Shown one piece after another: positions 8,355 to 17,370 of a stretch of DNA of 58,412 nt. Under the pieces are notes generated by a model, which searched no databases, was not told the origin of the DNA, and worked only from the letters and a program-made list of their open reading frames with translations. The stretch covers positions 1 through 58,412 of the forward strand of contig JAWLEP010000005.1 in assembly GCA_041686025.1 (NCBI GenBank), read 5' to 3'. Source of the DNA: Candidatus Fermentibacteraceae bacterium (lineage in GTDB: Bacteria > Fermentibacterota > Fermentibacteria > Fermentibacterales > JCC-6). Within the stretch, counting starts at the first letter, position 1; the number at the start of each line of letters is the position of its first letter. Made by a program: the position numbers and the translations under genes.

Positions 8355-9302
8355 TTATCCCTTTCTCTCCAAGGCTTTGAGAGCCGCCTTCTCCACTCCC
8401 TCGGCGGTGAGGCCATAGCGTCGGCGGACCTCCGCCGGGGTGCCGCTGGTGCCGAAGGAGTCCTCCACGGCCACCGGCTCCAGGGGAACCGGAAGGCGCC
8501 GGGCGCAGAGCTCCGCCACCGCGCCGAAGAGACCGGCCGCCGCCTGGTGGTCCTGGGCCACCACCGCGCATCCGGTCTCGCGCAGCCGGGAAAGCAGGAG
8601 ATCCTCGTCCAGGGGCTTCACGGAGACCATGTTGATCACGTCGGCCTCCACCCCCCGGCGTGACAGGCTCTCCGCGGCCTTCAGGGCCTCGGCCACCATC
8701 ACCCCGGCGGCCACCAGGCTCACGTGGGAGCCCTGCCGCATCAGGTCGCCGCGTCCCAGCCTCACTTCCACGTCTTCGTCGTGGAGGACGGGGACCGGGT
8801 TGCGGCCGAAGCGGATGTAGACCGGCCCGGGGACCCGCAGCGCCTCCAGCACCGCCGCCCTGGTCTGGGGGGCGTCCGCCGGGGCCAGCACCCGCATGCC
8901 GGGAAGGACCCGGGTGATGGCCACGTCCTCCAGGGCCTGGTGGGTGGCCCCGTCCGGCCCCACGCTCACCCCGGCGTGGGCGCCGCCCACCTTAACGTCC
9001 AGCTCCATGTAGCAGACCGAGGTCCGCATCTGGTCCCAGGCCCGACCGGCCACGAACACCCCGTAGGTGCTCAGGAAGGGCACGTACCCGGCCAGGGCCA
9101 GGCCCGCGGCCTGCGACATCATGTCCTGCTCGCTGATGCCCACGTTGAACGCCCGCCCGGGGAAGGCCTCGGCGAACCTCATGCTGCCGATGGACCGGGA
9201 GACGTCGGCGTCCAGCACCACCACCCTGGGGTCGCGTCTTCCGGCCTCCAGCAGACCGTCCGCGTAGCCCTCCCTGGTGGGCCTGAGTCCGGGCTCACCC
9301 AT
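8355..9302 (-). CDS. Transketolase C-terminal subunit (split transketolase)
   Basis: PTREGY, VVLDADV, FNVGISEQDM, RAWDQMR, GPDGATHQALED, GPVYIRFGR. ATG 9302 overlaps the N-subunit stop. Confidence 0.93.
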   Translation of the reverse strand: MGEPGLRPTREGYADGLLEAGRRDPRVVVLDADVSRSIGSMRFAEAFPGRAFNVGISEQDMMSQAAGLALAGYVPFLSTYGVFVAGRAWDQMRTSVCYMELDVKVGGAHAGVSVGPDGATHQALEDVAITRVLPGMRVLAPADAPQTRAAVLEALRVPGPVYIRFGRNPVPVLHDEDVEVRLGRGDLMRQGSHVSLVAAGVMVAEALKAAESLSRRGVEADVINMVSVKPLDEDLLLSRLRETGCAVVAQDHQAAAGLFGAVAELCARRLPVPLEPVAVEDSFGTSGTPAEVRRRYGLTAEGVEKAALKALERKG

Positions 9303-10125
9303 GGGCAACCTCCTCCCCGCGTATCTCCGAAACCGCTCGGGCGTACTCTTCCTCGTCGGGGCAGCCCCCGTGCCACAGGCAGGTGTCCTCCATGAAGGAG
9401 ACACCTTTTCCCTTTGTAGTTCTTGCCAGTATCACCGCCGGGCCGGAGACCGAGCCGCGCTGCTCAAAGGCCTTGTGGATGGATCCGAAGTCGTGGCCGT
9501 CGCAGTCCAGGACCGTCCAGCCGAAGGCCTCCCACTTGTCCCGCAGGGGCTCCAGGGGCTTCAGCTCGTCGACCCGGCCGTCCAGCTGGACGCCGTTGCG
9601 GTCCACTATGGCCGTCAGGCCGCCCAGGGCCGCGGTACGGCCCGACATCGCCGCTTCCCAGACGCTGCCCTCCTGCAGCTCGCCGTCGCCCAGAACGCAG
9701 TAGACGTGGGCGTCGGTGCCCGACAGTCGAAGGCCCCGGGCCATTCCGCAGGCGGTGGAGAGTCCCTGGCCCAGGCTTCCGGTGGAGGCGTCCAGGCCGG
9801 GAAGCTTGCGCATGTCGGGGTGGCCCTGCAGCGGAGAGTCGAGCTTGCGAAGGCTCAGCAGAACCTCCGGGTCGAAGTACCCCCTCCGGGCCAGCACCGA
9901 GTAGAGGGCGGGGCAGGCGTGCCCCTTGGAGAGGATCAGACGGTCGCGGCCCTCCCAGCGGGGCTCTTCCGGGCGCACGCTCATCCTCCGGAAGTAGAGG
10001 TGGACCAGCAGCTCCACCAGGGAGAGCGAGCCCCCCGGGTGGCCGCTGCCGGCGGCCCGAATCATCTCCAGTACGTCCAGCCTGACCCGGACGGCCAGCT
10101 CCCTCAGGCTGCCGGGGTCCTCCAT
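9295..10125 (-). CDS. Transketolase N-terminal subunit (TPP-binding)
   Basis: SGHPGGSLS, RDRLILSKGHACPALY, LQGHP, STGSLGQG, GDGELQEG..WEA..DRN. Confidence 0.95.
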   Translation of the reverse strand: MEDPGSLRELAVRVRLDVLEMIRAAGSGHPGGSLSLVELLVHLYFRRMSVRPEEPRWEGRDRLILSKGHACPALYSVLARRGYFDPEVLLSLRKLDSPLQGHPDMRKLPGLDASTGSLGQGLSTACGMARGLRLSGTDAHVYCVLGDGELQEGSVWEAAMSGRTAALGGLTAIVDRNGVQLDGRVDELKPLEPLRDKWEAFGWTVLDCDGHDFGSIHKAFEQRGSVSGPAVILARTTKGKGVSFMEDTCLWHGGCPDEEEYARAVSEIRGEEVAHG

Positions 10126-10126
10126 C

Positions 10127-10786
10127 TCAGTCCTCCCCCTTCTCTTCGGCGAAGGCCTCCCAGTCCGCCAGAAACCGCTCCAGGCCGCGGTCGGTGAGGG
10201 GATGGCCCGCCATCTTCTTCACCACCGCGTAGGGGACGGTGGCGATGTGGGCCCCGGCCAGCGCCGCCTGCGCCACGTGGGTGGGGTGGCGGATGCTGGC
10301 GGCGATGATCCTGGTGCCGAAGCCGTAGGTGTCGTAGACCTGCGCCAGCTCGGCCACCACGTCCATTCCCGTCTTGCCGGTATCGTCCAGCCTGCCCACG
10401 AAGGGGGAGACGAAGCTGGCCCCCGCCAGAGCCGCCAGGTAGCCCTGGTTCGTGGAGAAGGCCAGGGTCATGTTGCAGCGGATCCCCTCCCGCTCCAGCT
10501 TCGACACCGCGGCCAGCCCCTCGGGGATCATGGGGACCTTGATGACCACGTTCTCGTGCCACTTCGCCTTCTCCCGGGCCTCCTCCATCATCCCGTCGCG
10601 GTCGGTGCTGATCACCTCCGCGCTCACCGGCCCCCCCACGATGTCGCATATCTCCGCTATCACCTCGGAGAAGTCCCGGCCCTCCCTGGCTATGAGGGTG
10701 GGGTTGGTGGTTACGCCGGAGAGGACGCCCCATGCGGCAACCTCGCGTATGTGGTCAACGTTGGCGGTATCCAGATAGAGCTCCAT
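10127..10786 (-). CDS. Transaldolase / fructose-6-phosphate aldolase family protein
   Basis: [50 protein letters not shown] 10786. Confidence 0.93.
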   Translation of the reverse strand: MELYLDTANVDHIREVAAWGVLSGVTTNPTLIAREGRDFSEVIAEICDIVGGPVSAEVISTDRDGMMEEAREKAKWHENVVIKVPMIPEGLAAVSKLEREGIRCNMTLAFSTNQGYLAALAGASFVSPFVGRLDDTGKTGMDVVAELAQVYDTYGFGTRIIAASIRHPTHVAQAALAGAHIATVPYAVVKKMAGHPLTDRGLERFLADWEAFAEEKGED

Positions 10787-10854
10787 GGAATCCCCTTTCC
10801 AATGCCTCCCGCCGGTGGAATCCTCCGGGGATGAGGCTGCAGGCAAGCTTCCGC

Positions 10855-13029
10855 TCAGTCAAGGTCGGTTCTCGTCCCGCGCTTCTTGAGAATCTCGATG
10901 GGAACGTAGCCGGTGAGAAGAACCTTGGGCTCGTCGAAGCCGAAGTCCACCGTCAGCTGCCATTCCTCGCCGCGCCTTCCGGCCCGGACCACCAGGCCCC
11001 TGCCGTAGCGGGGATGGTGCACCAGGTTGCCCCGGGCGTAGCCGGAGGGCTGGGAGTGCACCCTTACCTCCCGGGCCTCCGCGGGGGAGGGGGCGGCCCC
11101 GGAGGCGGCACCCTCCAGCAGCCCGGCCTCCGCCAGGAAGCGGGAGGGGCCGCCGGCGGGCACCCCCGGCCTGCGGCGCCCCACCACGGAGGAGACGAAC
11201 AGGCGCTTGCGGGCCCTGGTGATGCCCACGTACATCAGCCTGCGCTCCTCCTCCAGGTCGGCCGTCTCCCTGCGGCCGGGCCGGACGAAGGGCAGCATGC
11301 CCTCGTCGGCTCCGGCCAGGAAGACGCAGTCGAACTCCATTCCCTTGGCACAGTGCAGAGTCATCAGGGTCACTGCCCCCTCCCGCTCGGAGTCGAAGCT
11401 GTCCGCGGAGGTGAGGAGGCTCACCTCGGCCATGAAGCCGGGCAGGCCGGCTTCGGGGTGCTCCCGGTCGAACTCCGCCAGGCTGCCCCGGAGCTCCTCC
11501 AGGTTCTCGAGCCTCCTGGCGTCCTCGGGGTCGTCGGGGGAGAAGCCGTCCAGATAGCCGCTCTCCGCCAGCAGGTACTCGGCCACCTCCAGGGCCGGGG
11601 CGCCGGACTCCACCAGGCCCGCCGCCCGGTCCAGAAGCCGGCCCAGCCGGGCCATTCCCGAGCGCGCCCGGCCGGAGAGGCCGGGTATCCGTCCGGCGCC
11701 GGAGAGGGCCTCCACCGGGTTCATCCCGGTTCCGTCCACGAACTCCTCGAAGCGTCTCAGGCTCTTGGCCCCCACCCCGCGGCGGGGGTTGTTGACTATC
11801 CGGCGGAAGCTGAGCCTGTCGGCGGGGTTCAGCACCACCCTCAGGTAGCAGAGGGCGTCCTTCACCTCCCTGCGCTCGTAGAACCTCACCGACCCCACCA
11901 CCTGGCTGGGTATCTCCCTCCGCCCCGCCTCCGCCTCGAAGGGCCGCGACTGGGCGTTGGTCCTGTAGAGGACGGCCATGTCGCCGTAGGTGAATCCCTG
12001 CTCGCCGCGCAGGCTCTCGATGCGGTCGAAGACCATCGACGCCTCCTCCGACTCCGAGGAGCATATGCGGACCTCCGGCGGGGCCCCTCTCTCGCCCGCC
12101 GTCCACAGCTCCTTGCCCCGGCGCCTGTTGTTCCGGGAGACCAGCCGGGAGGCGGCCTCCAGTATGGCGGCGGTAGACCTGTAGTTCTGCTCGAGGCGGA
12201 CAACCTCCGCCCCCGGGAAGTCCCTCTCGAAATCCAGCATGTTCTCCACCCTGGCGCCCCGCCATCCGTATATGGACTGGTCGTCGTCCCCCACCACGCA
12301 CACCCGGGTCCCGGCGGGGGCCAGAGCCATCAGAAGCCGGTGCTGGACGACGTTGGTGTCCTGGTACTCGTCTACCAGAACGTGCAGGTACCTGCCTGCG
12401 TAGTGGGCGCTGATGTCATTCTTTTGACGGAGTAGATCCAGGGCGTGTGTCAAAAGATCGTCGAAATCGAAAGCTCCCGACTGCCTTAGTCGGGATTGAT
12501 AGGCGGCGTAGACCTCCGCCACCTGCCGCTGCCTGTCGTCCCGGGCCGCTTCGGCCGCCGCCTCCGGAGTCATCAGATTAGATTTCATGGATGATATCCT
12601 GCCAGCCACGGAGGCCGGAGTGAGGCCCTTTGAAAGCTGTCTTTCCCGCATTATCGAACGCAGCACCCTCCGGCCGTCGTCGGCGTCGTAGATGGTGAAA
12701 TCCGCCGGATATCCCAGCCTCTCCGCCTCCCGCCTGAGCATCCAGGCGCAGAAGGAGTGAAACGTGCCCATCCATAAACCCCTGCGGCGGCCGGTGATCG
12801 ACTCCACCCTCCGGCGCATCTCGGCGGCAGCGCGGTTGGTGAAGGTAAGGGCCAGCAGTCTGCGGGGGTCGACCCCGTCCTCGTCCAGCAGCGAAGCCAG
12901 CCGCAGGGTCAGCGTTCTGGTCTTGCCGCTGCCGGCCCCGGCCAGCACCAGCAGATGTCCCCCCCGGTGGCGGACGGCCCTCAGCTGCTGCTCGTTGAGC
13001 TCTTCGATGATGTCTGGAACCTTTGGCAT
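10855..13029 (-). CDS. pcrA: UvrD/PcrA family ATP-dependent DNA helicase
   Basis: [79 protein letters not shown], and a C-terminal Tudor-like HPRYGRG. Confidence 0.95.
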   Translation of the reverse strand: MPKVPDIIEELNEQQLRAVRHRGGHLLVLAGAGSGKTRTLTLRLASLLDEDGVDPRRLLALTFTNRAAAEMRRRVESITGRRRGLWMGTFHSFCAWMLRREAERLGYPADFTIYDADDGRRVLRSIMRERQLSKGLTPASVAGRISSMKSNLMTPEAAAEAARDDRQRQVAEVYAAYQSRLRQSGAFDFDDLLTHALDLLRQKNDISAHYAGRYLHVLVDEYQDTNVVQHRLLMALAPAGTRVCVVGDDDQSIYGWRGARVENMLDFERDFPGAEVVRLEQNYRSTAAILEAASRLVSRNNRRRGKELWTAGERGAPPEVRICSSESEEASMVFDRIESLRGEQGFTYGDMAVLYRTNAQSRPFEAEAGRREIPSQVVGSVRFYERREVKDALCYLRVVLNPADRLSFRRIVNNPRRGVGAKSLRRFEEFVDGTGMNPVEALSGAGRIPGLSGRARSGMARLGRLLDRAAGLVESGAPALEVAEYLLAESGYLDGFSPDDPEDARRLENLEELRGSLAEFDREHPEAGLPGFMAEVSLLTSADSFDSEREGAVTLMTLHCAKGMEFDCVFLAGADEGMLPFVRPGRRETADLEEERRLMYVGITRARKRLFVSSVVGRRRPGVPAGGPSRFLAEAGLLEGAASGAAPSPAEAREVRVHSQPSGYARGNLVHHPRYGRGLVVRAGRRGEEWQLTVDFGFDEPKVLLTGYVPIEILKKRGTRTDLD

Positions 13030-13084
13030 GAATATTGCTTCCTAGGTTACCTGTCTACATCCGAACAGAAGGGAATGCAAGTTG

Positions 13085-13255
13085 TTGAAGCCTGGATTGA
13101 GAAGCTGGGTCCTGCTGGCCATCAGTTGCCTGGCAGTGCCCGTACTAATCCTCCTGACCTGGCCGGTCTGACCCCCTCCCTGGCCGGCCCGGGGGAGCTT
13201 CCGACGATCCGGGTGCAAGAGGCGGGCAGTCGTTCGACCCCTACGGCTGCCCGTC
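13085..13255 (+). ncRNA. Candidate structured non-coding RNA (three-way junction + 3' hairpin), family not recognised
   Basis: Hand-folded stems: 13090-13099/13205-13214, 13101-13106/13196-13201, 13107-13118/13130-13141, 13151-13156/13190-13195, 13159-13166/13180-13187, 13221-13233/13243-13255. Twelve G.U pairs form only on the + strand. Confidence 0.45.
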
Positions 13256-13260
13256 AACCT

Positions 13261-13905
13261 CTATCCACCCGCTATCTCCACGCTGCGGCTGCAGCCCAGC
13301 CTGGCGGCTCCGGCCTCCACCATGGCCACCGCCTGCTCGAAGCTGCGTATCCCGCCCGAGGCCTTCACCGAGGCCCTGTCCCCCACGGTCTCCGCCATCA
13401 GGCGGACGTCCTCCACGGTGGCCCCGCCGGATGAGAAGCCCGTGGAGGTCTTCACCCAGGCGGCTCCGGCCTCCACCGCCAGCAGACAGGCGGCAATCTT
13501 CTCATCGGTGTGCAGCAGGCAGGTCTCCAGTATCACCTTCACGGGCCTTCCGGCGGCGGCCTCCACCACGTCGGCTATGTGCCCGTGCACCATGTTGTGG
13601 CTGCCCTGCTTCAGGTGCCCTACGGGGATGACCATGTCGATCTCGTCGGCGCCGGCGGCCACCGCCCGCCCGGTCTCCCAGGCCTTTGCCGGGGTGGCCC
13701 CCAGGGGAAACCCCACCACGCTGCAGACCATCGGGGCCCGGTCCCGCAGGATCTCCGAGGCCTGCTCCACCCAGATCGGGTTGACGCACACCGACTTGAA
13801 ACCGTGCTCCACCGCCTCCCGGCAGAGGCGCCGGATCTCACGGATGCCGGCCTCGGGGGCCAGACAGGTATGGTCTATCATCGCCGCTATCTCGCTTCTG
13901 CGCAT
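13261..13905 (-). CDS. deoC: Deoxyribose-phosphate aldolase
   Basis: IDHTCL, SVCVNP, VVGFPLG, GADEIDMVI, VKVILET, VKTSTGF, VKASGGIR, RLGCS. Confidence 0.96.
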   Translation of the reverse strand: MRRSEIAAMIDHTCLAPEAGIREIRRLCREAVEHGFKSVCVNPIWVEQASEILRDRAPMVCSVVGFPLGATPAKAWETGRAVAAGADEIDMVIPVGHLKQGSHNMVHGHIADVVEAAAGRPVKVILETCLLHTDEKIAACLLAVEAGAAWVKTSTGFSSGGATVEDVRLMAETVGDRASVKASGGIRSFEQAVAMVEAGAARLGCSRSVEIAGG

Positions 13906-13914
13906 GCTCCTCCG

Positions 13915-15243
13915 CTATTCGGTGTAGACGAAGCGCATCTCCACGTCTCCGTCGGCTATCTCCACGCCCCGGAGTACCCCCGTTCGGGCGCCGTCGCGCC
14001 TGATCACCACGTCGTGGGTGCCGGCGGGCAGCCGGAGCCTGGCCACGTGCATCCTGGCCGGTAGCGTCAGCCATCCCCGGAGGTCGGCCTGCTCCGTGGC
14101 CGCTCCCAGCAGGCTCAGCAGGGCCCCGAAGCCCTCGGAGACGCAGCCGTTCTCCTCCCCCGTGATCTCCTCCATCAGCTCCTCCCCCGCCTCCGAGACC
14201 CCCGCCTTGGCCGCCAGCCTGGCAATGGCCCGGGCCAGGTCCCGGCCGGCCTGGTCCTCCAGGTTCTTCCTGGCTATCTCCACCAGGTCCTCGGCCAGCC
14301 AGGCCCGCTCTGCAAGGCCCGCGCAGCTTACGTCAAAATAATGACGCCTCACCCTCCTCTTCGGCATGGCCGGCAGGGCGAGCCTGTAGACGCGGTCCTC
14401 GGTGTAGGCTGTGAAGTCCCTCTCCACCTTCCTGGGAATCCGGCCGGACTCGATCACCACCACCAGCTGGCCGCTGCCGGCGGGAGCCTGGGGGGGAGGG
14501 TCCGCCTCCGGGTAGCGGGAGGCGTACTCCGCGTACAGGTCGTCCAGGGCCAGCATCCGGCAGAGCCTCAGTACGTCGGAGGCAACCTGGACCGGGGGTT
14601 GGAGGCCGTAGTGACGGGAGTAGTCGTCCTCGTATACCCGGAGGCTGTTGCGGTAGGCCACCAGGGCGTCGTCCAGGTCTCCCCCCGCCTCGAACAGGGC
14701 CCCCATGAGCCAGCGGACGAAGGCGTCGTCGCGGTAGACGTTCTCCCGGGCGTAGGCGTCGTTGAGGACGGTGAGCTTCTCCCCCACCCGCCTGCACTCC
14801 ACCAGGGCCTCCTCCAGCTGGTCCTGCTGCACGTAGCAGGAGGCCAGGACGTAGTTGATCATCACCTTCTCGTAGTCGGCGCCCCGGAACTCCCTGGCGG
14901 CGTCGCTGGTGAGCAGGGCGCCGGCCTCGTCGGAGAGGTCGATCCCCCGCTGCATGTCGCTTACGAGGTCGGCCTCCAGAAGGAGGGGCTCCGCGTCGGC
15001 CGGCCTGCCGGCCAGCCGCAGCAGGTTGCCCTTCTCCATCAGGAAGAGGAGCCGGTTCCTGCCGGCGCTGTCGGGAGCGGCGCCCCCCCCGAACTCCGCA
15101 AGCGCCGCCTGCGGGTCGCCGCGGCGGAGGTCTTCCCGGACGGGCTCCAGGGTGGAGGTATAGCTGCCGCAGCCGGAAAGCGCCGCGGCCAGAATCAGGG
15201 CCCCCCGGCGGAGGCCCCGCCCCCGCCGGGGCCTTCCGGACAT
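13915..15243 (-). CDS. TPR-like lipoprotein (COG3014-like), partner gene of lpoB
   Basis: Lipobox LSGC; RLLFLMEKG, GADYEKVMINY, EEALVECRR, TEQADLRGWLTLP; directly downstream of lpoB; ATG 15243. Confidence 0.75.
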   Translation of the reverse strand: MSGRPRRGRGLRRGALILAAALSGCGSYTSTLEPVREDLRRGDPQAALAEFGGGAAPDSAGRNRLLFLMEKGNLLRLAGRPADAEPLLLEADLVSDMQRGIDLSDEAGALLTSDAAREFRGADYEKVMINYVLASCYVQQDQLEEALVECRRVGEKLTVLNDAYARENVYRDDAFVRWLMGALFEAGGDLDDALVAYRNSLRVYEDDYSRHYGLQPPVQVASDVLRLCRMLALDDLYAEYASRYPEADPPPQAPAGSGQLVVVIESGRIPRKVERDFTAYTEDRVYRLALPAMPKRRVRRHYFDVSCAGLAERAWLAEDLVEIARKNLEDQAGRDLARAIARLAAKAGVSEAGEELMEEITGEENGCVSEGFGALLSLLGAATEQADLRGWLTLPARMHVARLRLPAGTHDVVIRRDGARTGVLRGVEIADGDVEMRFVYTE

Positions 15244-15245
15244 TC

Positions 15246-15836
15246 CTACCACTCGATGATCTTCTTGATCTCCAGGCTGCCCATCCATACCTTCAGCGCG
15301 GTCTCCACGTCTATCAGCTCCAGGCTCACCTGGTAGTAGACCGCCCTGGTGTCGCCCTCCTCGTCGGTTATGGAGTCGACGCTTCCCATCATCACGTAGT
15401 CGGCGCCCACCTCCTGGCCGAACTCCGCGGCGGTCTCCGGGGAGGCGAAGCGCTGCTGGTCGTAGCGCTCGGCCCGGACCTCCGGGTCCTCGCCCCGTCC
15501 GGCGGACAGGCGGACCAGGCCCGACTCCAGAAGCGCCCTCTGTATCTCGTTCATGAAGACGTCGGTGCTGATGTGCTCGGAGCTGCGGTTGATGACGCTG
15601 CCCACAACCACCACGGGCTTCTCGTAGCCCTCGCGGCCCCGGCCGTGCTCCACCAGCCAGTCCCCGTTCAGGGCCTGGTCCACCATGGAGTCGGCCACCA
15701 TCCTGGCGTCGGTGTCGTTCCAGCGGCCGCTGAGGTCGGTGGTGGTGTCGGTGTCGGTTCTGGTTACCGTTCTGCCCCCGCAGGCCGCCAGCACCGCCAG
15801 GGCGGCCACCGCAAAGGCGGCAAGGAGTCTGCTCAT
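15246..15836 (-). CDS. lpoB: Penicillin-binding protein activator LpoB-like lipoprotein
   Basis: Lipobox LAAC; TTDLSGRWNDTDAR, VINRSSEHI, GADYVMMGSVDSI, YYQVSLELIDVET..KVW..IKK. Confidence 0.85.
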   Translation of the reverse strand: MSRLLAAFAVAALAVLAACGGRTVTRTDTDTTTDLSGRWNDTDARMVADSMVDQALNGDWLVEHGRGREGYEKPVVVVGSVINRSSEHISTDVFMNEIQRALLESGLVRLSAGRGEDPEVRAERYDQQRFASPETAAEFGQEVGADYVMMGSVDSITDEEGDTRAVYYQVSLELIDVETALKVWMGSLEIKKIIEW

Positions 15837-16654
15837 GGCGTCTCCCCTTCCGGATGGAGTCGGGGAGCCACCGGAATGACCCCCCGGAACGTCACGTTGA
15901 AGTAGCCCATGTTCTTCCGTGCCACGCCCGGTTCCTGTCGGCCGGGACGCAGCAGCGTCCTGTAGGGGTCCTGCTGCCCGGCCGGTTCGGCCGGGGCCTG
16001 GCCCCAGGCGTCCAGCGTCCACTCCCACATCGAAAGCTCGGCCCCCTCGCCGTATGAGAAGATGGCCTGGGAGCCCAGCGAGCCCAGCATTCCCATGTTG
16101 CGCTCCAGGACCTGCGAGTAGCAGCTCATCACCGGGTAGATCTCGACGGGCTCTGCGAGTCCCATCCGGGCCGCCGCCGCCAGCTCCGCCGCCCGGGGGA
16201 GCCGCGCCCCGCGGGAGCGTAGGTATCTCACCGCGCCGGTCCAGGTGAAGGAGGAGACCGGTATGCTGAAGCAGTCCGTGGGCACCGTCAGGCCCTGGTC
16301 GGACTCCCCCACCACGAAGGGGGTGAACTTGAGGAACTGCCCCTCCGCGTCGTACTGGCCCACCAGCAGCTCGGCCAGGTCCTGCATGGAGGTGAGGTTG
16401 GCGTTGAGCCAGGGAAGGACCCTGCGGTAGCTCACCGGCGTGGAGTCTACGAGGAAGGCGTCCACCGCGACGGTGTCCCCCAGCACCTCCACCCGGCAGG
16501 CGGGGACGTAGGCCATACCCTCCGGGGGCCGCAGGAGCCCGCATTCGGGGCAGGCGTCGCCCTCGGCCGCGCTTTCGCAGGCCGGACAGTTCCACTCCGC
16601 CGCCGCAGCGGAAACCAGGATCAAAGCAATGGTCACAAGCAGGAGTACTCTCAA
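15833..16654 (-). CDS. Exported protein with N-terminal CxxC...CxxC knuckle and degenerate FGE-sulfatase (SUMF1-like) domain
   Basis: Signal peptide; CPAC..CPECG; PEGMAYVP, VDAFLVDSTPVS, PVSSFTW..A, GARLPRAAE, MWEWT, TFRGV. Confidence 0.7.
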   Translation of the reverse strand: MRVLLLVTIALILVSAAAAEWNCPACESAAEGDACPECGLLRPPEGMAYVPACRVEVLGDTVAVDAFLVDSTPVSYRRVLPWLNANLTSMQDLAELLVGQYDAEGQFLKFTPFVVGESDQGLTVPTDCFSIPVSSFTWTGAVRYLRSRGARLPRAAELAAAARMGLAEPVEIYPVMSCYSQVLERNMGMLGSLGSQAIFSYGEGAELSMWEWTLDAWGQAPAEPAGQQDPYRTLLRPGRQEPGVARKNMGYFNVTFRGVIPVAPRLHPEGETP

Positions 16655-17370
16655 GGCTGCATCACCACCTGATCAGCGGCGGGGGCTTCCCCCCGCCGTC
16701 GGGCGATCGCTCTGCCCATGTAGAGGAAGGGCGTGTCCAGCAGGGCGACCAGGACCTTTATCACATAGGTTGTTACCAGGATCTGCAGGAAATGTTCCCT
16801 CTCCACCACTCCCGCAAAGGCTATGAAGCAGAACACGGCGGAGTCTATCAGCTGGCTCACCGCGGTGGACAGGTTGTTGCGCAGCCAGAGCATCCGACCC
16901 CGGGTCTTTCTGCGCCACCAGGCGAAGGCCCAGACGTCGTGGAGCTGGCTGAGCAGGTAGGCGGCCAGGCTGGCAACCGCCAGCCGGGGCATGAATCCGT
17001 AGATGGTCTCCATGGCCCCCTGAACCTGCTCCGCCCAGGGGTCCGGGGCAACGCTGAACACCAGGGCCAGCTGGCTGGAGAGGGTGAAGAAGATCATCAC
17101 GATGAATCCCAGCATGACCCCCCGTCTGGCCGTCCGGGGGCCGTAGAGCTCGTTGAGGAGGTCGGTGCAGAAGAATATGGCCCCGTAGAGGATGTTCCCC
17201 AGGGTGACCGTTATCCCGAACAGGGTGGTGAGCTTTATCACCTGCAGGTTGCAGAGGATGATGGCGGCGGCGATGAAGGCCATCAGGCCCTCCCGGCCGT
17301 AGAGCCTGAAGACCAGCAGGACCAGGCCCAGGGAGGCCAGGGCGAAGAGCAGCCACAGCAGCTCGTTCAT
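16651..17370 (-). CDS. Queuosine precursor transporter (YhhQ/Vut_1 family)
   Basis: CNLQVIK, TLGNILYGAIFFCTDLLNELYG, ASLAAYLLSQLHDV, LWLRNNLSTAVSQLIDS, KVLVALLDTPFLY; ATG 17370. Confidence 0.92.
   Translation of the reverse strand: MNELLWLLFALASLGLVLLVFRLYGREGLMAFIAAAIILCNLQVIKLTTLFGITVTLGNILYGAIFFCTDLLNELYGPRTARRGVMLGFIVMIFFTLSSQLALVFSVAPDPWAEQVQGAMETIYGFMPRLAVASLAAYLLSQLHDVWAFAWWRRKTRGRMLWLRNNLSTAVSQLIDSAVFCFIAFAGVVEREHFLQILVTTYVIKVLVALLDTPFLYMGRAIARRRGEAPAADQVVMQP

Noticed and set aside
13127..13256. Minus-strand resemblance to 5S rRNA ends (GGCAGCCGTAG... and ...AGTACGGGCACTGCCAGGCA), judged from memory
   Set aside because: The conserved CCGAAC loop and GATGGTAG motif are not in place and helix I pairs poorly. 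The + strand fold is better supported. A cmscan run would settle it.
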